Positions 1 to 8,438 of a DNA stretch of 64,000 nt are shown here, one piece after another (positions within the stretch are counted from its first letter, which is position 1; each line of letters opens with the position of its first letter). The notes beneath the pieces are model-generated. The model worked only from the letters and a program-made list of their open reading frames with translations. It did no database searches and had not been told where the DNA came from. The stretch comes from a virus: positions 3,862-67,861 of IMG/VR virus record IMGVR_UViG_3300044547_000928, one strand, 5' to 3'. Both the position numbers and the translations under genes were made by a program.

Positions 1-1
1 T

Positions 2-304
2 GGATACTGGCGCAAGGCTAATCAAATTCACGGCTGGTTCGTGGACAATGTTCAAGGCGGAGAAGATGACTGTCGTGAATACGGTGTTAGCCGAGAACAA
101 CTTCAACAGTTGCTACAACTCTGCAGAGAGGCAGTAAAAACCAAGAACCCAAATCTCATCTCGCCAAGAGAGGGATTTTTCTTTGGCTCAACAGAAGTAG
201 ATGAGTACTACTGGGGCGATATCCAACAGACAATAGAAATAATTAATCATGTGTTGAAAAATACACCTGACGATTACAACTTTCTATACCAGTCGAGTTG
301 GTAA
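2..304 (+). CDS. Conserved phage hypothetical protein, 5'-truncated by the window edge
   Basis: Frame open from base 2: GYWRKANQIHGWFV...GFFFGSTEVDEYY...YQSSW, a motif pattern common in phage proteins. Confidence 0.8.
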   Translation, partial: GYWRKANQIHGWFVDNVQGGEDDCREYGVSREQLQQLLQLCREAVKTKNPNLISPREGFFFGSTEVDEYYWGDIQQTIEIINHVLKNTPDDYNFLYQSSW

Positions 305-332
305 TATCCAACATTGTTGATAAACTAGATGT

Positions 333-367
333 AGTGGGGCGGTTGCTGTCGGGGCAACTGCCCCACT
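333..367 (+). terminator. Intergenic hairpin
   Basis: AGTGGGGCGGTTGC / GCAACTGCCCCACT inverted repeat after the gene end. Confidence 0.55.
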
Positions 368-394
368 ATTCAAAACTAAACAAAGGAGAACCTA

Positions 395-631
395 ATGAAA
401 ACTTACTTAGTACAACAGTCAGTCGATGTGGCAATCACTTATCAAGTTACTGCTAACAGCCTAGAAGAAGCACAAGCATTGGCAAATAATGGCGACCACA
501 TCTACGAGGACATAATTGATATTCAGGTACTTCCGTGGGATAAACCGTGGGAAGTAGAGGAAGTAGAGCACTGGACAGCAGTAATGACACAAGAACAACT
601 AAAGCCTTATATTATTTTGGGACTGGATTAG
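395..631 (+). CDS. Hypothetical acidic protein
   Basis: ORF with ACAAAGGAGA RBS. Confidence 0.8.
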   Translation: MKTYLVQQSVDVAITYQVTANSLEEAQALANNGDHIYEDIIDIQVLPWDKPWEVEEVEHWTAVMTQEQLKPYIILGLD

Positions 632-640
632 GAGAACACA

Positions 641-871
641 ATGAAAGCATGGGAAGTAATTAGAATGTTAGAGCGATACCCAAAAGATGAGGAACTCTGT
701 GTTTCTTGGTGGGGTAAGGAACTGTTTACGGACGCCGACGACAAGCCGTGCACTGACGAACAGTGGCTAAAAGCCGTAGAGGACTTTGATGCCAATGAAG
801 GCTACGAACACATTAATACAAAAATATGGGAAATATTAAATTATGTAATCTATGAAAAAGGAGACTTCTAA
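641..871 (+). CDS. Hypothetical protein
   Basis: AGGAGA RBS, operon packing. Confidence 0.8.
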   Translation: MKAWEVIRMLERYPKDEELCVSWWGKELFTDADDKPCTDEQWLKAVEDFDANEGYEHINTKIWEILNYVIYEKGDF

Positions 872-1212
872 TGACAATGAAAATACTTGAAAAAGACTTA
901 GACAAAGAAGCCAAGAAACTTGGAATAGTAATGTTCCAGTTAGACGATGTTATTCGTCACGCAAAGCAAAAGTGCGGTGCGATGCGCTTGCTTCACGCTA
1001 TGGGCCTGGGCAACTATCACCTAGAGTATGACGAGTGGGACTCGTACAACGACCACATCGACATTAATTATTATATTAACGAGCACGGTGTCTTGAAGGC
1101 ACTTGCATACCCAATCGTTGATGGCGCAGTAGATACAGACCAGTCAGTAGAAGTTTTACTGATTTCTGTTCCTTTTATTGAGGAAACAGACGAAGAAACT
1201 GATATAATGTAA
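871..1212 (+). CDS. Hypothetical protein
   Basis: AAGGAGA RBS, TAATG overlap. Confidence 0.75.
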   Translation: MTMKILEKDLDKEAKKLGIVMFQLDDVIRHAKQKCGAMRLLHAMGLGNYHLEYDEWDSYNDHIDINYYINEHGVLKALAYPIVDGAVDTDQSVEVLLISVPFIEETDEETDIM

Positions 1213-1238
1213 GTAACACAACAACAAAGGAGAAACTA

Positions 1239-1595
1239 ATGGCTACAACAACAATGGAAGACTGCTGGAGCGATGTAGAGAATGCACTTGATGGTGCGCA
1301 CCTAATCGCTTTTGATGGCTGTCACAAGATTTATCTTGCGATGGACGAGCACGAGGCACAGTGGTTCCGTGAGAACTACAACGGCACGGACTGTGATGAC
1401 CGCAACTTTACGGGTACACCACAGCAAATGCTGGAAAAACTCAAAGAGTGGTACGAAGGCTCTTGCTCACTCCGCTTTATTCAATCCGTAGAGCGCAACG
1501 AGAAAGACCCTAACGCTGGCTTTAAGTCGCTTATCCCGCAAGGCGCAAGCGATGTAGAAGACAGTTGGTATGACGATGAAGATGAGGAGTACTAA
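1239..1595 (+). CDS. Hypothetical acidic phage protein (FDGCHKIY motif)
   Basis: ACAAAGGAGA RBS; extended -10 TGATATAAT at about 1200-1208. Confidence 0.8.
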   Translation: MATTTMEDCWSDVENALDGAHLIAFDGCHKIYLAMDEHEAQWFRENYNGTDCDDRNFTGTPQQMLEKLKEWYEGSCSLRFIQSVERNEKDPNAGFKSLIPQGASDVEDSWYDDEDEEY

Positions 1596-1831
1596 TGAAA
1601 AAGAATAATAAACAGTATTACTTTGTCGTTTACTACGACTCCGACACCAACAGGTGGGTTCACGATGTGGACACAGAAGAAGCAATGTTTGGAAACAGAC
1701 TAATTTGGAACAACGATACTTCAGAGTTTGAGTGTGGCTATCTCGGTGACGGGAAGTTTGAGGAGAACGAAGAAGAAGTTGTAGAACTATTTAACAAAAT
1801 GATTAGAGAGGCAAGTAATGAATCACTATAG
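1595..1831 (+). CDS. Hypothetical protein
   Basis: GAGGAG RBS, TAATG overlap. Confidence 0.75.
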   Translation: MKKNNKQYYFVVYYDSDTNRWVHDVDTEEAMFGNRLIWNNDTSEFECGYLGDGKFEENEEEVVELFNKMIREASNESL

Positions 1832-2006
1832 AGTTTATATGGAATTTATGCAGGAACACGATACCGAAGCACCTACAGCACAAGCGGCGATAGAAAACTT
1901 CAAGGCAATGTTGCAGTTGTACACGGTAGACGAACTCATTGAGATGGGCAGTTTCGGCGTAGATGACTTAACACATAACGAAAGAACTGAAGTTATCAAC
2001 TGGTAA
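1818..2006 (+). CDS. Hypothetical protein
   Basis: GAGG RBS, overlapping packing. Confidence 0.65.
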   Translation: MNHYRVYMEFMQEHDTEAPTAQAAIENFKAMLQLYTVDELIEMGSFGVDDLTHNERTEVINW

Positions 2007-2064
2007 GAATAAATAATCTTTAGATGCTGGACACGGTTAGCAGGATGTTGTATATTCTGCAACT

Positions 2065-2439
2065 ATGTCTAGCCCTTGGGATTCTTACCGCGCGCCCAAG
2101 CAACGCTATGCACAAACAGAGTGGGAGTCAGGTACGGGTTTCCGTATCGAGCGACCAGCGTGGACAAAGCAGGCGAACTGCAAAGACGAGCCAACAACTA
2201 CCTTCTATCCCGCACCTGGCGATGTAGAAAAGTTAAGGCGCGCCAAAAGCATTTGCAAGGAGTGTGTAGTAAGACACGATTGTTTAGAATCAGCATTGGA
2301 GTCATCAGAAAGATTCGGAATATGGGGTGGCAAGTCTGCCCGCGAACGAAGTCTTATTTTAAGAGCACAAAGGCTCTTGAATAGCGGAAGTTCAAAGCAT
2401 TTCGAGGAAGATGAAGGCGACTCTGAGGTGACATCCTGA
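2065..2439 (+). CDS. whiB: WhiB-family Fe-S transcription factor
   Basis: W..ANC...FYP...C..C.....C spacing and the FGIWGG turn motif; ATG lies 6 nt after TATTCT (leaderless-like). Confidence 0.93.
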   Translation: MSSPWDSYRAPKQRYAQTEWESGTGFRIERPAWTKQANCKDEPTTTFYPAPGDVEKLRRAKSICKECVVRHDCLESALESSERFGIWGGKSARERSLILRAQRLLNSGSSKHFEEDEGDSEVTS

Positions 2440-2508
2440 CACCCCCCTAGTGACATCCTGTCACCCCCCAGTGGCAATTTGTCACCTCTAGGGGTGGCAT
2501 ACTGTCAC
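2428..2508. repeat. Four phased palindromic 15-mers GTG(A/G)CA-N3-TG(T/A)CAC, iteron-like
   Basis: Units start at 2428, 2450, 2471, 2494 (period 21-23 bp). Confidence 0.85.
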
Positions 2509-2562
2509 CCATAACCGTACATATAACCGTCCCTTAACCACACATTAACCGCGCAACTAAAG

Positions 2563-2591
2563 TTGCCAAAGAAGCAAAAAACTGATATACT
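2563..2591 (+). promoter_or_regulatory. sigma70-type promoter
   Basis: TTGCCA-17-TATACT with TG extension. Confidence 0.75.
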
Positions 2592-2631
2592 TGAATATGT
2601 AATAACTAACTCAACAACAAAGGAGAAACAA

Positions 2632-2745
2632 ATGAAACCGAACAGAATACTGAAGTCCCTTCTAAGCCCTCTAGGAGCCTCTAGGAAGCGCAAACAAGAA
2701 CGCTCCCGTGCAGCACACCCAACAGCGTTTAGGAAGCCCTCATGA
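2632..2745 (+). CDS. Small basic protein (37 aa)
   Basis: ACAAAGGAGA RBS before ATG 2632; ATGA overlap with the next gene. Confidence 0.6.
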   Translation: MKPNRILKSLLSPLGASRKRKQERSRAAHPTAFRKPS

Positions 2746-2984
2746 ACGCTCCTGTGTGCCCGCGGTGCCAAGGATATATTCCGAGCAACCTGACGCCTGG
2801 TCGATACCCTGGAGCACTCTCTAGGACTGACAATAAAACAGAAGTATGTTCTGATTGCGGACGAGAAGAGGCAATGAGCATTCACGCTCTCGAATCGCTT
2901 TGGCCCGTAAGTGCACTGCCAGAGTTCCCAGCGGCGGCAACCCGTGCCTTTGAAAGGATGCTACTTGTTGAAGACATTCGATGA
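2742..2984 (+). CDS. Zn-ribbon protein
   Basis: CPRC...ALSRTDNKTEVCSDCG. Confidence 0.75.
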   Translation: MNAPVCPRCQGYIPSNLTPGRYPGALSRTDNKTEVCSDCGREEAMSIHALESLWPVSALPEFPAAATRAFERMLLVEDIR

Positions 2985-3240
2985 AATCACAGGATATGTG
3001 TTTAAGGCGGAAACATTCTGCCCTAAGTGCCTACGACGCAAGATGTACCTAGATGGTTTTATCGACAAGACTCTCAAGTCACAGTCGACGGAAGACATGC
3101 TCGACTTACTGGCAGATGATTTAAAAGTAGATAGAGAAAATGAATGGTCATTCGACTCAGACATGTTTCCTAAAGTTATCTTTAAATCAGACTCTGAGTT
3201 AGTTCCAGACTTCTGTACATCATGCGATAAATTTGTTTAA
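2968..3240 (+). CDS. Cys-containing hypothetical protein
   Basis: GAAAGGA RBS before TTG; CPKC and CTSC pairs; start uncertain. Confidence 0.65.
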   Translation: MKTFDEITGYVFKAETFCPKCLRRKMYLDGFIDKTLKSQSTEDMLDLLADDLKVDRENEWSFDSDMFPKVIFKSDSELVPDFCTSCDKFV

Positions 3241-3248
3241 GTTCGCGA

Positions 3249-3324
3249 TGGCTCCTTAATCTCCTTTGTGAGCCACCTGCGCGGCCCAGTCTAGTTTACC
3301 CCCGTTACTAGGCTGGGCCTTTTT
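3249..3324 (+). ncRNA. Two-hairpin 3' element or sRNA with anti-SD loop and C-rich loop, ending in an intrinsic terminator
   Basis: TGGCTC[CTTAATCTCCTTTGT]GAGCCA, then GGCCCAGTCTAG[TTTACCCCCGTTA]CTAGGCTGGGCC plus T-tract. Confidence 0.55.
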
Positions 3325-3345
3325 CTATTTGCGCGCCAGCCAGAG

Positions 3346-3400
3346 CCCAAGGGAAACGGAGTGCGAAAATAAACCCGAACAATCTGGAACACCATATTCT
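3346..3400. repeat. Three-part dispersed element, copy 1
   Basis: CCCAAGGGAAACGG-N7-AAATAAA-N17-ACCATATTCT. Confidence 0.9.
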
Positions 3401-3581
3401 CAGGGAGCAGGGGTAAGAAAAGATAAATCACTTCCCAGCGGGGGCAGCGCGGGTCTATTTAGCACTAACTCGTGATATATCAGCAAGATAATTTTATTTT
3501 GAGGTTGGTGTTTTGGCAATGTCCCGATAGAATTGAATTATCAAGTTATCAAGAAGAAATAAAAAAAATCTTCTGTACAGG

Positions 3582-3610
3582 TTGCAAAGCCTGCGATAAA
3601 GTGATACAAT
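3582..3610 (+). promoter_or_regulatory. sigma70-type promoter with A-tract UP element
   Basis: TTGCAA-17-TACAAT, TG extension. Confidence 0.85.
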
Positions 3611-3656
3611 AGTATCAGTAAGTAATCAAACAACAAACTAACAAAGGAGCAATAAA

Positions 3657-4697
3657 ATGGGAATGGAAACTACCGAGTGGTACAACACGCAGATTTTGGT
3701 TGGTATGACCGACCAGCGTGGAAATGCGTGGCACTACAAGAAAGAAGCACAAGGCGACGAGCCGAACCATTATGCAGGTGCAATTCCTGTTGAAGATGTA
3801 CAGCGCAGGCTGTTCTCGTGGTCGGCACAAGAAGCCCCAGTCTTCATTCAAGTACCAGCAACAATGGAAGATGCGACAAGCGTTGACGAAAACGGTAATC
3901 CCGTCAAGTTCATCAAGGCTGGAAATCGCAAAGCAATCCTACGAGATGATACAAACGACCTGTTTGAAATCTTCAAAGATGGCTATGCAATCCACCAGTA
4001 CAACGACTGGCTCGTAAAGAACCTCGCAAATCTCGTAGATGATGATTTGGCAATCGGTTCCGCTGGGCTACTCAAAAATGGTGGAGTGGCTTGGGTGTCG
4101 CTTGAAATGCCCGAAAGCATTGAAGTAATTGACGGGTTCAAGGTTCGCCCACACTTGCTTGCAACGACCAGTCATATCGGCACGCTGGCAACGACCTACA
4201 AGAAAGTATCTACTTTCGTGGTCTGCGACAACACGCACTCAATGGCTATGGGCGAAGATGGCGAGCAGTTCAAGGCTCGTCACTCAAAGCACAGCGCACT
4301 CAAAATCCAATCGGCTCGTGATGCGCTAGGCATTATCCACAAAATGACTGATGATGTAATTGCAGAGATTACAAAATTGTCAGAGTGGAAAGTGACTGAT
4401 GAACAGTGGAACACACTGCTCAACCAGTTAGTGCCAGTGCCTACCGACCTAGAGCAAAAGACGGCGATTACTCGTGCAGAGAATAAGCGTTGGGCGTTGA
4501 AAGACCTCTACGCTAACGATATGCGAGTAGCCCCGTGGTCGGGAAGTGCGCTCGGCGTGTTGCAGGCTTACAACACCTACAACCACCACAAGGCTGGAAC
4601 CGACAAGAACCGAGTAGAGCGAAATATGCTCAACGCACTTAGCGGTTCAACTGGTACGGCAGATGCGAAAGTGTTGCAGGCTCTAGCGAGCCTGTAG
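3657..4697 (+). CDS. DUF932 / TIGR03299-like phage-plasmid protein
   Basis: NAWH, SAGLLKNG, LLATTSH.G, VVCDNT and RH motifs typical of the family. Confidence 0.85.
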   Translation: MGMETTEWYNTQILVGMTDQRGNAWHYKKEAQGDEPNHYAGAIPVEDVQRRLFSWSAQEAPVFIQVPATMEDATSVDENGNPVKFIKAGNRKAILRDDTNDLFEIFKDGYAIHQYNDWLVKNLANLVDDDLAIGSAGLLKNGGVAWVSLEMPESIEVIDGFKVRPHLLATTSHIGTLATTYKKVSTFVVCDNTHSMAMGEDGEQFKARHSKHSALKIQSARDALGIIHKMTDDVIAEITKLSEWKVTDEQWNTLLNQLVPVPTDLEQKTAITRAENKRWALKDLYANDMRVAPWSGSALGVLQAYNTYNHHKAGTDKNRVERNMLNALSGSTGTADAKVLQALASL

Positions 4698-4707
4698 CAC
4701 TAGCGGG

Positions 4708-4737
4708 TCGGGCCCGATGGGAAACTGTCGGGCCCGA
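4708..4737 (+). terminator. GAAA-loop hairpin after the DUF932 gene
   Basis: TCGGGCCCGATGG-GAAA-CTGTCGGGCCCGA. Confidence 0.65.
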
Positions 4738-4807
4738 TAGCCCGTCCTAAAATTTAGAAAAAAGTGGCGGGGGTAGGGGCCCGCGAAATAAAATCTTTTA
4801 TTAGAGG

Positions 4808-4836
4808 TTGCTAAACCCCACATAACCTGCTATAAT
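4808..4836 (+). promoter_or_regulatory. sigma70-type promoter
   Basis: TTGCTA-17-TATAAT, TG extension. Confidence 0.85.
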
Positions 4837-4870
4837 ATATACATACCCAATGACAACAAAGGAGAAACTA

Positions 4871-5134
4871 ATGAGAAAACCAAGAATGTACGGCTCACCC
4901 GCAATTCGTGTGGTCTTGACAATGGCGCGCGAGGAGTGGTTCTACGATGTAGTAGAGGCAGTTGAGTTCGTCACCAAGAACTGGAAAGAGGGCACAGAAC
5001 TGAGCGCAAGGGTTCGCAGTGGAAACTACTGGGAACCAGTGTTCACCATCACCAAAGACGGCGAAGCATACGCCTCACCAGTCTATGCAGAGTTGCTCGC
5101 ATCAGCGCCAGTAAAAATGGAGATAGCACTATGA
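4871..5134 (+). CDS. Hypothetical protein
   Basis: ACAAAGGAGA RBS favours ATG 4871. Confidence 0.75.
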   Translation: MRKPRMYGSPAIRVVLTMAREEWFYDVVEAVEFVTKNWKEGTELSARVRSGNYWEPVFTITKDGEAYASPVYAELLASAPVKMEIAL

Positions 5135-5334
5135 GCCACTACGCAGACACACTTATCGGAAAAACAATCGCGAGGGTGCGGAGCCTGGAAGACGAGGAGT
5201 ACGAACAACTCGGTTGGTATAAAAACAGCAACCCAACTGCCGTACTTGAATTCACTGACGACACATACGCTATTGTTATGGCAGACCCCGAAGGTAATGG
5301 CACGGGATTTCTAGACATAGGAGAATACGCATGA
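5131..5334 (+). CDS. Conserved small phage protein (DPEGNG.G motif)
   Basis: GGAG RBS, ATGA overlap. Confidence 0.8.
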   Translation: MSHYADTLIGKTIARVRSLEDEEYEQLGWYKNSNPTAVLEFTDDTYAIVMADPEGNGTGFLDIGEYA

Positions 5335-5486
5335 GCGAATCTTTAGTGAATGCGACTCAACTTGTAGATAAAGCAATACAAAAAATAGCGGGGCAATCAC
5401 TTGTCTCATCTGCAGAAATGACCGACTTACTATTAGACATAAGACTTTGCCTAATGAGTTGCGAAACATCAGTAGAACTGGTATAA
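5331..5486 (+). CDS. Small protein (51 aa), not in the ORF track
   Basis: AGGAGA RBS; MSESLVNATQLVDKAIQKIAGQSLVSSAEMTDLLLDIRL...; stop codon lies in the next -10 box. Confidence 0.65.
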   Translation: MSESLVNATQLVDKAIQKIAGQSLVSSAEMTDLLLDIRLCLMSCETSVELV

Positions 5487-5487
5487 T
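5459..5487 (+). promoter_or_regulatory. sigma70-type promoter
   Basis: TTGCGA-17-TATAAT. Confidence 0.85.
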
Positions 5488-5520
5488 AGAATATAACACA
5501 AACCAACAAAGGAGAAACTA

Positions 5521-6144
5521 ATGCCAAATCATTGCGATAATAGACTTACGATTACAGGAGACAAAGAGGAACTAAAGCGTTTTGTCTCTAAAACACATAA
5601 AGGCGGAAACGATTACAACTTCAATGAACTCGTACCGCTAGACCCACGAGCAAGCAAAGTAGTTCGCTGGGCAAAAGAAGACGGCACTGAGCAAGTATTC
5701 GGCGCATTCTCAAATGCAGAAGATGGCTTTGACGGCTATCAGAACGCACTAGATGTATGGGGAAGCAAGTGGGGCGCATACGACATTCAACCGAATGGAG
5801 CGTGGCACGAAGTTCTTGACAAAGAGGACTACCACGACATTACATTCAACTATCAGTCGGCTTGGTCGCCTGCTCGTGGTCTCATTCAGCGCATTTCAGC
5901 GCAATTCCCTACGCTTGCATTTGGTGTTTGGTACACCGAAGAAGGAATGGGTTTTGCTGGTTGGGAATTATACAAAGGCGGAGAAGAGATTTCCGAAAAT
6001 AGTATAAGCCTAAATAATCTGCCCGAATACGACTGGGACGATGATGCCTCAATGGAGAAGCACGACCAAGCGATGGAAGAAGTGTACGAAACACTTGAAA
6101 GCGCACTACACGAAGCAACAATGGAAGTGATGGTGGGGCAATAG
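5521..6144 (+). CDS. Api92-like / DUF1281 ferredoxin-like domain protein
   Basis: MPNHC.N.L.I.G, WGSKW, SAWSP, Y.EEG motifs. Confidence 0.8.
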   Translation: MPNHCDNRLTITGDKEELKRFVSKTHKGGNDYNFNELVPLDPRASKVVRWAKEDGTEQVFGAFSNAEDGFDGYQNALDVWGSKWGAYDIQPNGAWHEVLDKEDYHDITFNYQSAWSPARGLIQRISAQFPTLAFGVWYTEEGMGFAGWELYKGGEEISENSISLNNLPEYDWDDDASMEKHDQAMEEVYETLESALHEATMEVMVGQ

Positions 6145-6171
6145 CCCCATCACATTCCAGTTAGGAAACAA

Positions 6172-6378
6172 ATGGAAGACAACGAAGAAAACTATATTGA
6201 AGTAGACCCAAGAGACATTGTAATCAACAGATTGCAGTCAACGATTTACATGATGTCAGCACCACACTCAACAGATGGCGGGAAAGAACCTCACTGCATT
6301 TACTGCGGCACACCATTCCCCTGCATGACATCGAGACTCGCTCGAAGGTCGGCGACTGCGTGGCGCGGGCTGGAGTAG
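6172..6378 (+). CDS. Small Zn-binding hypothetical protein
   Basis: H...CIYC....FPC.T; AGGA RBS. Confidence 0.65.
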   Translation: MEDNEENYIEVDPRDIVINRLQSTIYMMSAPHSTDGGKEPHCIYCGTPFPCMTSRLARRSATAWRGLE

Positions 6379-6432
6379 CCCAAGGGAACGGTTTCGAGAA
6401 ATAAAGTCAATTAGTTCTACTTACCATATTCT
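6379..6432. repeat. Three-part dispersed element, copy 2
   Basis: CCCAAGGGAACGG-N7-AAATAAA-N17-ACCATATTCT. Confidence 0.9.
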
Positions 6433-6540
6433 CAGGCGGAGAGGGGCATATATAACCCTCAACCTCTACTTTAGGTTTAGGCGTGGGGGCCAGGGCGCGC
6501 GGGTCGCTGTGATATATCAGCAATATATTCTAAAATGAAG

Positions 6541-6569
6541 TTGCTATTATCGCACATTGGGTGTATAAT
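6541..6569 (+). promoter_or_regulatory. sigma70-type promoter
   Basis: TTGCTA-17-TATAAT. Confidence 0.8.
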
Positions 6570-6606
6570 TTATAGGGTAAGGAACAACCACAACGGAAGG
6601 AACACA

Positions 6607-6777
6607 ATGAAACAAAAAATCGAATTGCTAAGAGTACTTCTCGTAATCATTGAGGAGATGAACGGGACACACGACTTCATCGGCAAAGATGATGTACAGC
6701 AGAGATTGCGCTGGACAGCCAAGTCGCTTGCGGAACAAATCCACGACAAGCGTCTTGACTTGACGGTATCGGCATAA
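6607..6777 (+). CDS. Small hypothetical protein
   Basis: GGAAGGA RBS before ATG 6607. Confidence 0.7.
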   Translation: MKQKIELLRVLLVIIEEMNGTHDFIGKDDVQQRLRWTAKSLAEQIHDKRLDLTVSA

Positions 6778-6793
6778 TCTGATACAATAGATG

Positions 6794-6870
6794 TAGTCGG
6801 CGGGGCGAAACCGCACAACATAGAGGGCCGTGTGCCAAGTCGGTTGTAGCCAAAGTAACCCGCCGATTAT
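6794..6870 (+). ncRNA. Candidate structured small RNA
   Basis: Own promoter TTGACG(6760)-17-TACAAT; closing stem GTAGTCGGCGGG/CCCGCCGATTAT; inner AACCG/CGGTT and GCACA/TGTGC; no ORF. Confidence 0.5.
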
Positions 6871-6945
6871 TTACAAATAAGGTTGTGATTAGTGATACAA
6901 CCTGCTATAATGGATATATACCAAATGAAAGGAACACAACACAGT

Positions 6946-7172
6946 AAGTAATTCTTGACAACACATAGGTGGACATACTTCTCACCGCATCAAGTTTTGT
7001 ATCCCAGCGATAGCACGATAGCCCCTCACACTTTCCTAGGAAGTCCCTGTAGGGCTTGGCACTCCCTCCTGCGTGACCAACCTCTGTCGGATTAGAAAGT
7101 CACTACGAAACCCTCTGCTGGTGCAACAGCGGTAAATATGTGGGAACTGACGAGTTCTGTTGAGAATTACTT
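6946..7172 (+). ncRNA. Candidate structured RNA of about 225 nt
   Basis: Own promoter TTGTGA(6883)-17-TATAAT; 15-bp closing stem AAGTAATTCTTGACA/TGTTGAGAATTACTT with G-U pairs; several inner hairpins; no long ORF. Confidence 0.55.
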
Positions 7173-7178
7173 AGTGGG

Positions 7179-7207
7179 TTGTGTTTTATACAACAACCTG
7201 CTATAAT
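7179..7207 (+). promoter_or_regulatory. sigma70-type promoter
   Basis: TTGTGT-17-TATAAT, TG extension. Confidence 0.8.
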
Positions 7208-7249
7208 ATAATAGCAAGGATAAACCAAACTAACAAAGGAGAAAATCAA

Positions 7250-7675
7250 ATGAGTACAGCATTACAAATTGCCGAATATGTGGACAACATGGATATGTTC
7301 GGAATTGAGAGTACAGAAATCAAAACAGCAGGACTGTATTCAGTCCGAGGCGAAAACACAATGCTCGTGGCAGAACACGGTGATGTGTACGAAATGCTTG
7401 AGAGCGTAGAGGCGCAAGCCGTTGCTATGTTGTCAGACGCAGTCGTAGTTCGCACCGCTGGCTGGGCTTCACCTATCGCAGATGATGGTGACGAGTACAA
7501 AGGCGTAGCACCGTCAGAACACCCACAACGCAGGCGAGTTCGCTTGCTCGTAGTGGCAAAGGCTGGCGAAACAGCAAGCGTGCTTCGCTTTACAGATGAC
7601 TGGGCAAACCCTATCTTTGACGAAGGTCAAGCAACGGGCAGTCTGGCAGACGCAGTTCAGTCGCTGTTCGTCTGA
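7250..7675 (+). CDS. Hypothetical protein (PSEHP.RRRV motif)
   Basis: ACAAAGGAGA RBS before ATG 7250. Confidence 0.8.
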   Translation: MSTALQIAEYVDNMDMFGIESTEIKTAGLYSVRGENTMLVAEHGDVYEMLESVEAQAVAMLSDAVVVRTAGWASPIADDGDEYKGVAPSEHPQRRRVRLLVVAKAGETASVLRFTDDWANPIFDEGQATGSLADAVQSLFV

Positions 7676-7682
7676 AAAAATC

Positions 7683-7723
7683 TAGTGGGGCAGGTTGCGA
7701 AACTTGCCCCACTATGATATAAT
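7683..7723 (+). promoter_or_regulatory. Hairpin-promoter cassette
   Basis: TAGTGGGGCAGGTT-GCGA-AACTTGCCCCACTA; TTGCGA-17-TATAAT. Confidence 0.88.
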
Positions 7724-7767
7724 ATAAGAGTAAGATAAACAAACCGCAAGGCGGAGAGGGGACAACT

Positions 7768-7854
7768 ATGTACTTTTTAGGGTTCGCAATCGGGGTAGTC
7801 CACGGGCTACTCGCTGGCTACGCCGTAGCGGTACTAAGTAAAAAAAATAAGTAA
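7768..7854 (+). CDS. 28-aa single-transmembrane micro-protein
   Basis: MYFLGFAIGVVHGLLAGYAVAVLSKKNK after its own promoter and GGAGAGGGG. Confidence 0.55.
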   Translation: MYFLGFAIGVVHGLLAGYAVAVLSKKNK

Positions 7855-7860
7855 ATGAAG

Positions 7861-7889
7861 TTGCTTTATATGCTACAACAGTGTATAAT
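7861..7889 (+). promoter_or_regulatory. sigma70-type promoter
   Basis: TTGCTT-17-TATAAT. Confidence 0.8.
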
Positions 7890-7936
7890 GTAATAGCAAG
7901 GAAAAACCAAACCAACACAACAAAGGAGAAAACATA

Positions 7937-8359
7937 ATGAGTAAACAAATGGCAGTAAAAGTACAGACCACAAAGGTCATCAAGGCTCTTGAGGAAGCCC
8001 TCAAAATCCGCGATAAGAAGTTCGCTGACAGCAAAAAGGCACAAGTGGACTTTGACAAGGAAGTGGCAAAGTACAAAGAGGAACTTTTCAGGTTGGCAAA
8101 GTCGCCAAAGGCAAAAGTAACCGAGGTAACAACCTACGAGCGTTGGCATCAAAAGAATGAAGCAGAGCAAGAAATCTCTGTAACTATCAAAGTCCCTCGC
8201 TCGCTTGTTCCAAAAGAGCCTGAGAACCAGTCCAACTACCACGAGCGTATTTACAAGGACGAAGTTGAGGAAATCAACAACGCCCTTCGCTTGTTGCGTA
8301 TGACAGACCAAGAGTATGTGAACGCCTCAACAATGAAGTCCGTTTCACAGTACCTCTAA
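7937..8359 (+). CDS. Hypothetical coiled-coil protein
   Basis: ACAAAGGAGA RBS; clean ORF. Confidence 0.85.
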   Translation: MSKQMAVKVQTTKVIKALEEALKIRDKKFADSKKAQVDFDKEVAKYKEELFRLAKSPKAKVTEVTTYERWHQKNEAEQEISVTIKVPRSLVPKEPENQSNYHERIYKDEVEEINNALRLLRMTDQEYVNASTMKSVSQYL

Positions 8360-8403
8360 ACAAAATCTTGACGGGGTGGGTACGAGAAGTGACCCGCCCC
8401 GTC

Positions 8404-8432
8404 TTGACAAGACCGCAATAAAATGATATAAT
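8404..8432 (+). promoter_or_regulatory. Perfect consensus promoter with no downstream ORF
   Basis: TTGACA-17-TATAAT with TG extension, right after hairpin 8370-8403. Confidence 0.9.
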
Positions 8433-8438
8433 TGTAAC

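Noticed and set aside
7100-7165. Hammerhead-like words CGAAAC...GTA...CTGACGA
   Set aside because: Stem I cannot form between the putative cleavage site and CUGA, and stem II has only two pairs; kept only as an unassigned structured RNA.
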